The notes under the pieces: model-generated
What the model was told of the DNA's origin: nothing
What the model saw: only the letters and a program-made list of their open reading frames with translations
Database searches by the model: none
Made by a program: the position numbers and the translations under genes
Shown: positions 1 to 12,404 of the stretch, piece by piece
Position numbering within the stretch: the first letter of the stretch is position 1
How the letters are laid out: the number at the start of each line of letters is the position of its first letter
Origin: Girardia tigrina
Lineage: Eukaryota
Direction: 5' to 3'
Assembly: GCA_001938485.1 (NCBI GenBank)
Contig: MQRK01252507.1
Location: 141,021 to 191,877 of the forward strand
DNA length: 50,857 bases

Positions 1-177
1 GAATGAAAAAAAAACCAAACAAAAGATATTTGATTCGAATATGATGAACCTAGAATGGTGATTCTCCCATCCAGATGGAAATTGGTATTTTTTTTTGTTT
101 TTACGGTAATTGACAAAAGTAATTAAAAAAATACCGAGATAGAGTGTTGATTGTACAAATAATGAAGAAATTCGTAC

Positions 178-284
178 TTTAATGTTTGGCAGTTCCGATG
201 CAACCTGTGAAACTTTTTCTAAACAATCTTCATTTGTGAATAATATTGATGGTTGCGAGTCTTTCAACTGATATACAACTTCCT
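178..284 (-). CDS. 4CL/luciferase-like acyl-CoA synthetase, copy A, exon 4 (gene presumably continues beyond the window start)
   Basis: EVVYQLKDSQPSILFTNEDCLEKVSQVASELPNIK; 107 nt, AG/GT flanked, in phase with exon 3 across a 6.2-kb TE-filled intron. Confidence 0.85.
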
Positions 285-426
285 CTAAGAAAGAAAATCT
301 TTTAACTTAAGATAATAAATAAGTTAAATATAAATTTTAAAAAACTAAACTATTCAAAAAGTAAAAAATAGATGACTATTTAACTTAAATCATTAAGTTG
401 TGCTGAATATATATGTAATAAATATT

Positions 427-615
427 TTAATTATTGTATGCCCAGCACTCACTCCCATAATACACTGCCGAAAAAATGCTTGATCTGATTATTCTTCTTT
501 TCAGCGCTGTATGAACTCGATTACTTTGAATCGCAGGCTGCAGTCCTTGTAACTTCAACATTCCACAACGCACCCTCTGACCGATATCCCGAATCCAGTT
601 ACCACATGTGATCAA
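427..615 (-). mobile_element. non-LTR (LINE, RTE/CR1-like) reverse transcriptase fragment
   Basis: LKRRIIRSSIFSAVYYGSECW resembles the K-R-x-Y...LYGSETW motif after the RT thumb of LINEs. Confidence 0.55.
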
Positions 616-1078
616 TAAGTTTTAATAAAAATAGATTTAAGAATAACATTTATAAAAAACATCGATTATGTTAAAATAGTGTCCGAAACATCCAAAGTAA
701 GAAATTACCTTACCATGAACTGCAAAACGGATAATATGGTGAAAGATATTCTTGTGTATAAATTTAATTGCCACGGGTGTAAAAACTAGTGCATTGGAGA
801 GAAAAAATGTCATTTCAAAGCACGGATTAGTGAACACTCACAGTCAATCAGATCAAGTAAGGTTCTTGATCACTGCAGATGTTGCAAAGATAGAACTTCG
901 TGTATTTCAAAAGATGAATTTTCTATTCTTCAGAAGAATTTTGATTCCCAATTTGAGAGTTTGTATTGTGAATCATTGCTAATAAGACACTATATAACCT
1001 ATTGATCAATATCCAAAATGGAAAAAGTAAAGCAGCCTCAATATTAAATATCTTTAAATAAAATAAAATAAATTAATG

Positions 1079-1118
<40 letters not shown>
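1079..1118. repeat. compound (TA)n(TG)n microsatellite
   Basis: Seen directly. Confidence 0.95.
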
Positions 1119-1119
<1 letters not shown>

Positions 1120-1145
1120 TCGTTCTTTTTTATGATTTGTATTGT

Positions 1146-1172
1146 CTAATGATGATGTGCGTCCATCGAAAT
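1146..1172 (+). ncRNA. degenerate Penelope-associated minimal hammerhead ribozyme
   Basis: CTAATGA-TGATG-tgcgtc-CATC-GAAA: CUGAUGA core with one substitution, a stem II and GAAA, downstream of a Penelope ORF. Confidence 0.5.
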
Positions 1173-1519
1173 GAATCACGTATTTTGGGAATAAATCACT
1201 TAAATGAAATCGTGATTATAAATTATTTTAATTTAATTTAATTATCGATTAAAAAGTGCATAAAATAAAAATATTAAATTATTTGGCTATTATTCACTAT
1301 TGGTACATTGAACCCACTATTACCACTGAACTTTTGTACTTTAATTGTGCAATGAAACATAGGAGACAACACTTTAAAAAATATTTAGATAATAAAGAGG
1401 CACTTGGAAGTTTCAAATATCCCTCAATATACTCGAATCATGAACAATTGGAATATTTACAAAAGATAATGGGCATTAATAAAACTAAATACATTTTCTT
1501 GATGATATACATCATTACC

Positions 1520-1664
1520 TGTGCGATGAGATGATAATCGAAAATAATAATCTCGTTAATTCGATTTTTATATTTTGTTTAAATATTTCGGTCTTTGTGA
1601 AAAACGTGTGTTTTCTATTTAATATAATTTAGGAACGTGTTATTCATTGTCATTCTCTACAACA
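1520..1664 (+). repeat. 5' LTR (145 bp)
   Basis: TGTGCGATGAG...CTCTACAACA, repeated at 3202. Confidence 0.95.
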
Positions 1665-1677
1665 AGCTATCCGGACA

Positions 1678-1840
1678 ATGTCGAACATGAAATTGATCCT
1701 TGATTGCCTCGAGAAATTCAAAGGGAATCAAACGTGGGAACTATGGAAGAAGCAATTCGTTTTATTGACGTCGATGCAGCAGATAAAGGATGTATTTGTA
1801 TTGATGCCGTTCGTGTTGAGTGGATCGGCTCTCAATATAT
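1678..1840 (+). pseudogene. gag: gag N-terminal fragment
   Basis: MSNMKLILDCLEKFKGNQTWELWKKQF...MPFVLSGSALNIY, a retrotransposon gag pattern, fused by deletion to RNase H. Confidence 0.75.
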
Positions 1841-3201
1841 ACATGGTTGAGGAAAAAAGGCGATTCAAGGCATATAAATATCGCTGAGCTGGAGGCGGTC
1901 GTGAAAGGGCTTAATTTGTGCGCGAAATGGGGAATGACGGACATCACGATAAAGTGTGACAATAAATCAGTAGTCTCCTGGGTGAATGACGTGATCACAA
2001 GTAAATCTAGGTTGAATACGAGTGCCTTTTCAGAATTGCTTATCAGACGGCGGTTATCAATCATTAAGGCAATTTGTGATGATTTTAACATAATGATAAA
2101 GATAAAGTTCGTAGCGAGCAGTCTGAATAAAGCGGATGAGATGACGAGGATATCGAAGGCATTAACTAAAAACGTATGCTGCGTGGCCACGACAAGTGAA
2201 ATTGAGAGATTAGATAACCTTCATAAGAAATGCCATTTGGGAGCGAAATGAATGAAATTTCTCTGTGGGATTGAAAACATTCAAGTAACGGATAAGGATA
2301 TCACAAACATGATTTCAAAATGTCAAAAATGCCAGTCAATTGATCCCGCACCGGTAAAATGGAATCACGGTTGCGTGGCCGTAAGGGAGAATCGGTATAG
2401 ATTGGCAATCGATGTGACAAAATACAACGACAGGAAGTATTTAAGCTTAATCGATTGTGGACCATTCAGATTTGCAATTTGGAAAGAAATTGGTGACGAA
2501 AGTTCATACTCCATCTCCACGGTAATAGATTCTATATTTTTTGAACGCGGAACCCCCAGCGAATTGTTAGTAGACAATTACACCACTTTTTATTCAAAGG
2601 AGTTTGTTGAGCTTTGCAATCGATGGGGAGTAGAGTTAATTTATCAAGCGAGCAATCGGCCTGGTGGGAACGGGATCGTTGAAAGAAACCATAGGACGAT
2701 CAAAAGAATTGCGGCGAGATCAAAAATTACAATTGCAGAAATGTATGGTGGTACAACAATACGCCATCGGAGAACAAAGAACCACCGAGTTGGATGATAT
2801 ACAGTTATAAATGTATGAAACCCGTAAGCCAAAAAAAGTGACAATGAGATAGAGGGCAGTACAAAGGGTACAATGTATTGTGATTATCAATTAGTCTGGG
2901 TGAAACCAATGGGAAGCACAAGGTGCACGCAACAATGGTTAAAGGGTCAAGTATTGAAAAAATTATCATACTGTAAATATTTAGTGGATTGTAATGGGTC
3001 GAGGTTCCCTCGGCATGTTGCTGATTTACGGCCGAGAAGAGTCGAATGCGAGCACGTGAAGAACACAGCTTTGTCTTGGGACACAGAGTCAGAAGTCGAT
3101 GAACGAGCGACTACTCATATGAAGCGTGTGCGAAGAAGGCCTAAATACTTGGATGACTACGTCATAGATGGAGATTCGTGTACGGACGAATCTGGTGGGG
3201 A
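1841..3201 (+). pseudogene. pol: pol remnant: RNase H C-half plus integrase
   Basis: HINIAELEAV...KCDNKSV...NKADEMTR (RNase H); H-x3-H...C-x2-C; LAIDVT, LLVDN and NGIVERNHRTIK (DDE core). Stops and frameshifts present. Confidence 0.9.
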
Positions 3202-3336
3202 TGTGCGATGAGATGATAATCGAAAATAATAATCTCGTTAATTCGATTTTTATATTTTGTTTAAATATGTGAAAAACGTGTGTTTTCTATTTAATACAAT
3301 TTAGGAACGTGTTATTCATTGTCATTCTCTACAACA
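3202..3336 (+). repeat. 3' LTR (135 bp)
   Basis: Matches the 5' LTR except for a 10-bp deletion and one substitution noticed by eye. Confidence 0.95.
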
Positions 3337-4627
3337 TTACCTTTTTTACAATGAAAATATTATCGATTCCCTCTAGCGAACTTTAATTTTAAGAATCTTA
3401 GAATTCTTATGTCCACATCTTTATTCATTTTTATATCACAGATAACCATTAAAATAATTATTCAATTCTCCATCCGAAATCTCAAGAATGACTCAAGAAA
3501 ATAGGGAAAGAACACAAGACATGACTTAAAACAAAAACGTTATTATAAAAGTATTATAAAAGTCATAAAATTTTGGTTAATTTAAATTTTTAATATTTTA
3601 GTTAATTTCCGTGGATAAATGATTAAAGCAAATTGTGTAGATACAGAAATAATCATATATCGCATATATTTAAGGTATATCCCATAAAGTAGTTGTGAAT
3701 TCGACCAAAAAGACAAGAATTTCTTTTTTTTCATTCAACGATAAAATTTTATATCGAATTCCTCATCATTGTCCATTGTTTCCATTTAGACTAAAATTTG
3801 ATACTTCAAGTAAATGCATATTGACAAGGTCTTTTATTTCTTTAAGATATTTACAGATGGAGATTTTATAATCGTGTATTTTCTGGTACCCCGACAAATG
3901 CGCTAAAAGGGGATTGTTTAATATTTTTGAAATTTTTTTATTATTGATTCGTTAATGCGAAAATAATTTTGAAATATAAATTTAATATAATGGACCAAAA
4001 GATAAAAAACACAAATTTATTATCAATTTAACAATTATCCAAAAGACGCAATCTAAATTCCACTAAATATACGACTTATAATTTGCTCTGTCAAGTCCTG
4101 ATCTCAACGGAAATGATCCACCAATGCATAATTGGAAGGATGATGACAAGCAATAGATGACATTATGTCAGCTCTCATTACCGCGCATAGTTAGGAAGAA
4201 ACACAAGATTGAAAAGATCCGTATGGAAATCTTGGACATTGGACTCCCACATCCCATGGATATTATCGCGAGTAAAAGGCTTACTTTTCACAGTAAGACG
4301 GAAACTTCAGAGGAGTACGAGACAATCAAACGAATCTGAAAGAGAGAAATACAAATGGGGAAAAAGATCAATGGAAGTAAGTAATATTTTTCAACACTAT
4401 TTATTGTTATATTATACATTACGCAATTTCATCTCTCAAAGAAGTCACAATGTCACGCTTTTAACAAAACATCAGTGGCAAACAGTTAAGTATTCCCAAC
4501 TTCATATCTATTTTCTTTATAATATCTGAAATCAGCGAAACAAATCACACAACCCCAAATGCACCAGATAAATTAAAAAAACGTCAAACCATTTAATTTT
4601 AAAAATATCAATTTAATATAAAAAAAA

Positions 4628-5291
4628 GGCGCGCCGTTTTTCGCCGAAAACATGAAAAACCATTTTTTGCCGAAAAATTGAAAATTAGCTTTTTTGTCGG
4701 AAATTGTAAAATGTGTTTATTTAAAAAATTTAAATAACATGCTATCCGCATTTTTAGCTTACTATAAAAATACTTTTTATGATTATGAAAACCGACAAAC
4801 AAGCAATAATACAACCGAACTTTTTCTTCAAAGCATGCGGAATGCAGCTGATCGTACACTGTTAGGGTTTCCAAGATCTTCGAATGCAGTTGAAGCATGG
4901 AATCGATCGTTAAATGCACGGGCTGTTATACCTCTCCCCAAATTGATCTGATTAAATATAATGAGGAAATCACTCATGTTGAAATAAATAAGAGTGGAAA
5001 GTTTAGTTTGAACAGCAAGAATTTAATTTTTGAAGAAAGGATACGCATATTCAGTGCTAATATCGAATTGATTTCTATAGGTGAATATTTCGAAAAACCT
5101 CACTATTTAGAAGCGTGAAAAATTGATAACTATAATTAAACTTTACAATAATAAAAATCTTTTTTTTTGTTTTTTCTTTTTTATTAGTTTAGTATTGCGG
5201 TTTTTTTCAATTTCTGTAATTATTTTGTAATCGATAATATTTTTTTCGACAAAAATGTGGTTTTATTTAATTTCGGCGAAAAACGGTTACC
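4628..5291 (+). mobile_element. non-autonomous Mutator/MULE derivative
   Basis: Inverted termini CCGTTTTTCGCCGAAA / TTTCGGCGAAAAACGG; internal GFPRSSNAVEAWNRSLNA matches the MULE PRTNN-x-x-E-x-W motif. Confidence 0.8.
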
Positions 5292-5554
5292 GAATATCGG
5301 TTTATACATGGAACATCGCAACGGCAACAAGTTTTTAACACTTATCACCAACGAAACGATAATATCCAAGCCACATAAAATTGTTAATAAAAGAACAAAA
5401 ACGATATTACATCAAATATGATATTGATTTAAATTTTGTGTGACATATAGCATATAAAAATTTAATAAAAAATAATAAATTTAAAATGTTTATTATGAAA
5501 GTAGTTGCATGTTATGCTTACAACAGTTTTCTTTTAATTGTTGCTCATATGTAA

Positions 5555-6410
5555 TATCCAAGTAAACCCCTGGGTCCCGATCACCCATAGACCATCAATC
5601 CGGATATCATTTAACTCACCAGGAGGAGGCAATTCCAATGGTATATTCTCATGGGATTGATCCGGAGAGGATTGTAATGAACCCGCTGAGTATCCATTTT
5701 CGAGAACAAAGTCTTACATTCATCGTAAATTTTCCTCAGGATATGAAAAATATTGTAACTCTTAATGCTGAATTGCTATGTACTTTTCTTAATCTAAAAA
5801 CCTTTCAGAAATTCAAACCCGGGCGAAAAATCTCAACAGAACCGAAAACGGGAGAATATTGGGATTTTCCGATAGACAGAGTGTCACACTTGGAAAATAG
5901 TACACCGTTCAAAGTGCCTTCTATTTGAAAGTAAAATGATATCCAAATTGATGGTCAACAGCCTACAGGTACTGAGGTGATGCCTATGACAAAGTTCCCT
6001 CAAAGTGAGTCCGCCCGGTACTGGTATAACCGGCTTGCAATAACGGTTCTTTCGGTATGAAACTTTCGTCCATGTGTCATTGCTATAAAAATTCATATCA
6101 GAAAAACAAAAAAAAGTCGATAACTGCTTTTCGCTCGCATGACAACGGGGCCAGACCAAAATAAAGTCCATATTTTTTCATTCTAGCGGTGTATTCATCC
6201 CATCGCTGTGGTATAAATCGTTGTGGCCGCCTCTTGAAATAATTGAACCATATTGCAAAAATGTTAATAATTTTTATAATCTTATTAATTTTTTGACAGA
6301 TATCATTCCCCAGATAATTACAAAAAAAATTTCAAAGTTTGGTAGCAATCGGTTTAGTAGTTTTTGAGAATATATCTCACGCGCACAGTCATTCATTTAT
6401 ATATATACAT
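5555..6410 (-). mobile_element. probable non-autonomous Helitron-like element
   Basis: Minus strand starts TGTATATATATAAATGAATGACTG...CTCAAAAACTACTAAACCGATT, typical of invertebrate non-autonomous Helitron 5' ends, and ends in a GC-rich patch then CTTG. Boundaries approximate. Confidence 0.4.
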
Positions 6411-6453
6411 AATAAGTACTAAATTATTTGTTACAAAATGTTCTCAAACTAAC

Positions 6454-6661
6454 TTTGTGTATAGTTTTGATTGCAGACGGTAACGGAGCAGCCCATGCTC
6501 GATAATGCGAATATGAGCATCACATATTCAGCACAATTTGTGGCAATTATACCGACCATCGTTCCTTGTTTGACGCCCCTTTTGGTTAGAGCACTGGCGA
6601 TGTTATTAATAGAATTTTTAAGATCTCCATATGTATATTTAGTCTTTGTAACATCATTTAT
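6454..6661 (-). CDS. 4CL/luciferase-like acyl-CoA synthetase, copy A, exon 3
   Basis: INDVTKTKYTYGDLKNSINNIASALTKRGVKQGTMVGIIATNCAEY...VTVCNQNYTQ, the N-terminal part of the AMP-binding domain; 208 nt, AG/GT boundaries, phase compatible with the exon at 178-284. Confidence 0.88.
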
Positions 6662-7775
6662 CTGAAATTAATCTCATTATAAACAATATTAAATGAAATC
6701 CATAGTCTGTTAAACATTTATTTGATTTTATTTAAAAATTGAAGTTTAAAAGATTTGTAGAAATCATCTTGAATAATGATTAGAAATTAACATTTTCCTA
6801 AATGAAATTAACTTATCAAATTATTTTTTTATATTTTTTAAAATAATTTTTAATTAAAATTAATACAAGCCACCATCACTTTTTTTCTTAAAATTTTAAT
6901 ACAAGCCATGGCTTGTAATTTAAGAAATTTTTACGAAGAATAATGTATTTTATTTAAAAATTTTGTGTATAGTTTCGATTGCAACAGTAACGGTAAATTT
7001 AATAATATCAAATTTTACTAAAAGGAAAGAAGTTTTAATTTTAAGTAACATCAATTTCAGAAATCATTTTTTACTCAATTTATACATTTAATACAATAAA
7101 CATTTTTTAAAAAAAAATTATACTATTTTCTTAATTAATAATCAATCTGCCGATCTCTATTTCCAAATAATTTTTCATTTATTTAAAATTTTAATCAAAT
7201 CAATATAATATTTAATTTTTTAATATTAAAATTTTAATAAAACTATTTATGAAAATTATTATTTCACATATATTTAATTTTTAATGAAAATATTTAATTT
7301 TTAAATTTGTTGTCATTTTAAGACATACTGTTTTTTTATAATTTGGTTTTTCAAATGAAATATTACCGTGTTCTCTTTATTACAAGCCATGGCGTGTATT
7401 ACATGTTTGACAAAAAGTGATGGTGGCTTGTAATGAATTAGTGGCATGTATTAATTTTTATTTAAAATTATTTTAAAAAAATAATAAAAAATATAAAAAC
7501 ATAATAAAAATTTAAATAAAATTTCGTATAGCGTAAATGTAGTTTGTTTAAATCGAAAGTTGAATTGTTTTAAATAAAATAACTTTTTAATTTATAGGTA
7601 AAATGTTTTTTTAATAATTGTATGTTTTCTATAATAAGTTTAATACATGTTATATCTTATAATTGGAATGTTATCTAGAAATGCGTTGTTTCATTTTTAT
7701 CCTTTATCTATATAGATGTATTTCTTTGCGATGTGTTTATAAATATAATAAATATGATATAATCGATGATCTCAC

Positions 7776-7898
7776 ATAAGCGAGTTTGTTTGAGTATTTA
7801 TCACAGAATGGAAATAAATGTTCGGCGATCGTCTCATTCTTAATATGAACGTCTGGATAAGGACTCGTTACGATCGATCTCAAATTGGATCTAATACT
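7776..7898 (-). CDS. 4CL/luciferase-like acyl-CoA synthetase, copy A, exon 2
   Basis: Manual translation SIRSNLRSIVTSPYPDVHIKNETIAEHLFPFCDKYSNKLAY, with the I-x-x-SPYPD N-terminus typical of 4CL-like enzymes; AG/GT boundaries, phase 0. Confidence 0.8.
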
Positions 7899-7943
7899 CT
7901 GAAACGAGATTTATTAAAGATACTTCTAATTGATGCGAGACAC

Positions 7944-7982
7944 CTTCGGGAGATACTCGGTCAATGTGCGGTACACAAACAT
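7944..7982 (-). CDS. 4CL/luciferase-like acyl-CoA synthetase, copy A, predicted exon 1
   Basis: ATG-MFVYRTLTEYLPK, then a GT donor; a 45-nt GT..AG intron (7899-7943) joins it in frame to the next exon. Confidence 0.55.
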
Positions 7983-8429
7983 CACAACTGAATCACAATG
8001 ACGATATTAGGCTGACAAATGACCGTTAAATTCTTTACTTGGTATTTATATGCAATTTTCAATTGGTTCAAATTTTCAAGGTCAATTATTGATGTAGATA
8101 AACAACAAGTATTAATTGTTTATTTATCTCTCATTTTTACCTTAACTAATAGATTTGGTATTACTTTCTATATTTTCAGGTGTATATATTTTTTCTTTAT
8201 ATATATATATATATTCTTTAATAGTTAATAACATTCTTCCCATTATAATCCATGTGACAATAAAGTAATAAATTAGACAATTTACTATCGAAATAATTAG
8301 TTAATCATATGTTTCGAAAGTAACCAAATTTGTGATTCGCTTTATTTATAAATTAATTAAGAAACAATTTAATTCATTTTTTAAAATTTGTAATAGCTCT
8401 GATTTTTCAGTATCTTTTCTTAATAAATG

Positions 8430-10080
8430 CATTCTTGGATTGTTTATTAGTTATGGTATATTTGGTTATATCTTTTTCATGAGAAAGTTTTAAAAAATAT
8501 TTATTTTCTGGACTCGGGTCATTCCTTCACTATATTTTTAAGTGGAAAAGACCTTTTGGTAGTTTAAGGTGTGAAAGTGGTTCTTCAAAGACCAAATTAT
8601 AAAAATCAGCAATTTGTATCGAATTATCCTGTACAAAGCATTAGATTTTGACCGAATAGTTGAAGATTTCATCATAGTTCTACAGTTGTGCCACATTGAA
8701 ACACATTAAAATAGTCTACTTAAGCAATTTCTTTCTAGTTCGAGTTTAAGACCCAAAATATCAGGTCAAAATCTATTGAAGTGTTTACAAATAAGTTCAT
8801 TATCAAGGATATTTCTTATTAATTAGTTTACATTGCTCTGATGACAATATTTCTTTACATTCTCCTTTACTTTCACTGTGTAACGCTGCTGCTAATTCGC
8901 GATATACTTGATAAAACTTCGATACTAGTTATGTAGACCCTAAAAGTGCTCATAAGCTTTGCGTACTCTTCGGAATCGGAAAATATTGATTCTCTATCAC
9001 TTTAAATATAAATTTTGAGATACATTCTTCATTATTTATATGTCATTGAAATATCAACTCCCCGATTCCAAATTTGCATTTCTCTATATTGCCTTTTAGA
9101 TCTCTTTTCTTCAGTGTATTTAATACTTCTAATAGTTTTATATAGGTTCCTCCATTGATTTTGAGTAGAGTAAGACATTGTCTAGGGATACTACTCCAGA
9201 GAATAGTATATCTTTAAATAATGAATTTCTTCCAATGTACTTCCTGTACTTCCAATACTTCCTGTACAACGTTCCAGGTACTGTTGAAAGTCTAAACGGT
9301 ACACGGTTAAAACAATACTACTGTGTTCTTCTACCAAGCTCGTTTTTTTCCTACAAACTTTCATCAAATGCAACTTGATGGTATACTTTACTTAAATCCA
9401 TACTCGAAAAGATTCATGAACCACCAAGAGTATCTACTAACATGTAGATGTCTGACATTGGAAAGGAAACTTTCTTTGACACGTTATTCAATTTCTTGAT
9501 CTCTAAAGAACTTTGAATACCTCTATCTTTCTTTAGCATATTGACCAATTGTGAGTTCCATTAACTTTTACGTTTCTGAATCATTTTAGCTTTTTCTTAT
9601 CCTTTCAAAAATCTCTCAATGTGACTTTAAATACATGGAATACCTTCTTTCATTCAGAAGAATCGGTTCGCCTTCTGTTTCTATTTAATGAACCACAATA
9701 TCCATAAATCCCAAATCGTATTTGTATTATTAAAATATAATTGTATCATTTCCCGAGGTCTTTCTGTACTTTATTTTTCACTTGCAGCTTAGGGTATATT
9801 TCTTCATCATCATAACTGACTTCCTAATAGTTCCTTTTAAGTTTGATTCTAAACTTATACACATCTTTGATGTATATTACATTAACAACCTTGACGTGAT
9901 TACAGTTTCTTAAACCATGTCAACTTTTTCCACAGATTAAACAACGATTATTTAAAGGACAATCTTTCTAAAATGCCCGGGTTTTCTATTACTAAAACAA
10001 TATAACTTCCTGGTTAATTCCTAGTTAATTGTTCCTCTTTTGGAGTGGGTTGTCCATTGCTTTGCAATATAAGAAACATT
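8430..10080 (-). mobile_element. heavily decayed Gypsy pol remnant (RT and RNase H)
   Basis: Minus-strand fragments IFSSMDLSKVYHQVAFD and YCFNRVPFRLSTVPGT near 9260-9420 match the Gypsy RT motifs LDL-x-x-GYHQ and MPFGL. Many stops; boundaries approximate. Confidence 0.75.
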
Positions 10081-10301
10081 CATTTTAATTAGACTTTCCC
10101 TTTTTTTAATTGATTTTCTAAAACTTGTGTAAAATTATTTTAACTTATCTTAACTATATTTAAGATTTGTAATTTAAAATTTTTCAAAAATATAAAATTC
10201 ACGGAAAACCCTTAACATGAACTTTAACTGAAAAAAATATAACGCATAGTTTTGCGATTATATAAAATTGATCCTTAATTTCTTAATACATAATCACTTA
10301 A

Positions 10302-10532
10302 CCCTTTCCAGTCCAAATTATTATTTTTGAATGTTGATTTAAATGTTACAATGTTGATTTAATTTGCTAAGAAACAAGTGAGAATCGCTCTTTTTGCATT
10401 CTAATATATGTAGTGTATATATTAGACTTTTTAGAAACTATTACTGTGCAACATTTAAATTGGGTAAAATAGATAACTGTAATTTAATTTTTTCAAATAT
10501 GTTGTCATATGGCATCAATGGACTGGAAAGGG
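10302..10532. mobile_element. piggyBac-type MITE
   Basis: TIRs CCCTTTCCAGTCCA / TGGACTGGAAAGGG; TTAA on the left flank and TTTAA on the right. Confidence 0.8.
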
Positions 10533-11560
10533 TTTAATTAATATGACAATTGCTCGGGGGTCATTACAACAATTATTATATTATATATTGCCGTTCGATT
10601 GTAGTTTGATTTTTATTAAGCAAAATATACAATTTGGTACATTCTCTATCCCCCATTAATATACCATTCCCTATGTCAGTAGCTTTTTTGAGTTCATAAA
10701 ATTTTCGAATTTGAAATTAAATCAATTTAATAATTCAATATTTTACATTTCTATTTACAGATTAGGTTAAAATGAGATTTTTATAAAATAGCGTAAAAAG
10801 TAACTTATATAAAATTAATTTTTAATGTGAACATAAAACCAAAAAATAGATTTATTAATACAGTAAATTGTAATTTTATATGAAACATAAAATTTAATTT
10901 TTGGGAAATAATAAATATAACTCACATAAAAAAGGGATTAAATGAAAACAATTAAAAATATAATTTGCAATTTTTTAAGCAATATAATTTATTCTTATTT
11001 TTAAAAGACTACATTTTTCACAGAAATGGAAAGGGATTTTAAAAGTTGTTTAATTGAACTGAAAGCGTAATTATTATTAAAAATATAATTTTATTTTATG
11101 TGAAAAAGTTGTAATTTAAGTCGTTAAATTAAATGAAAATTGCGATTTTAATTTTATTTTCAAAACGTTATTTTATCAAGTCTAAAATTAATTTTTAAAC
11201 GATTATGAAAACTAAATGAAAATGTTATTGTATAGAACGAGGAAATATAATTGAAAAACGACTAAATTTAAATTTATAAAGAAATGGAAATTTAATAAAA
11301 GATGTAACAAAATCTTTGAAAAATTTTTAATAAAATCACCTTATAATTTTTAACGAAAAAAGGTATAACATTTGGACAGGAAACCGTGTCTCCACGATAT
11401 TTTAGGCTGAGAATAATTATTTTGTTTACGATAATTACTGTTTTTTAAATTTATCGTCATTGATACTCAGACAATTTTCAACGAAGCAATATAAAAGGTT
11501 GTGAGGGCAATAAGCTGCACCGGCGCTCAATAACAGTTGACAAATTCGATAGTTTCCACA

Positions 11561-12404
11561 NNNNNNNNNNNNNNNNNNNNNNNNNNNNNNNNNNNNNNNN
11601 NNNNNNNNNNNNNNNNNNNNNNNNNNNNNNNNNNNNNNNNNNNNNNNNNNNNNNNNNNNNNNNNNNNNNNNNNNNNNNNNNNNNNNNNNNNNNNNNNNNN
11701 NNNNNNNNNNNNNNNNNNNNNNNNNNNNNNNNNNNNNNNNNNNNNNNNNNNNNNNNNNNNNNNNNNNNNNNNNNNNNNNNNNNNNNNNNNNNNNNNNNNN
11801 NNNNNNNNNNNNNNNNNNNNNNNNNNNNNNNNNNNNNNNNNNNNNNNNNNNNNNNNNNNNNNNNNNNNNNNNNNNNNNNNNNNNNNNNNNNNNNNNNNNN
11901 NNNNNNNNNNNNNNNNNNNNNNNNNNNNNNNNNNNNNNNNNNNNNNNNNNNNNNNNNNNNNNNNNNNNNNNNNNNNNNNNNNNNNNNNNNNNNNNNNNNN
12001 NNNNNNNNNNNNNNNNNNNNNNNNNNNNNNNNNNNNNNNNNNNNNNNNNNNNNNNNNNNNNNNNNNNNNNNNNNNNNNNNNNNNNNNNNNNNNNNNNNNN
12101 NNNNNNNNNNNNNNNNNNNNNNNNNNNNNNNNNNNNNNNNNNNNNNNNNNNNNNNNNNNNNNNNNNNNNNNNNNNNNNNNNNNNNNNNNNNNNNNNNNNN
12201 NNNNNNNNNNNNNNNNNNNNNNNNNNNNNNNNNNNNNNNNNNNNNNNNNNNNNNNNNNNNNNNNNNNNNNNNNNNNNNNNNNNNNNNNNNNNNNNNNNNN
12301 NNNNNNNNNNNNNNNNNNNNNNNNNNNNNNNNNNNNNNNNNNNNNNNNNNNNNNNNNNNNNNNNNNNNNNNNNNNNNNNNNNNNNNNNNNNNNNNNNNNN
12401 NNNN
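11561..12404. other. assembly gap
   Basis: Run of N. Confidence 1.

Larger units (their letters stand above)
640..1200 (+). mobile_element. Penelope-like element 3' remnant (GIY-YIG endonuclease pseudogene plus 3' UTR)
   Basis: The frame from 751 reads LVYKFNCHGCKN*CIGEKKCHFKARISEHSQ...YCESLLIR, the VY-x-x-x-C-x-x-C...YIGET...RI-x-EH signature; followed by a microsatellite and a hammerhead-like motif. Confidence 0.8.
1520..3336 (+). mobile_element. internally deleted compact LTR retrotransposon (Gypsy-like) with two LTRs and a 5-bp TSD
   Basis: TG..CA LTRs at 1520-1664 and 3202-3336; TTACC on both flanks (1515-1519, 3337-3341); purine tract GGTGGGGA before the 3' LTR; gag start, RNase H and integrase inside. 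Confidence 0.95.

Noticed and set aside
4130-4370. Possible RTE-like LINE 3' fragment
   Set aside because: Only a weak HWTPT.HG resemblance; not enough to call.
6860-7460. Inverted TACAAGCC repeats as one MITE
   Set aside because: They look like TcMar subterminal fragments, but orientation and ends could not be resolved.
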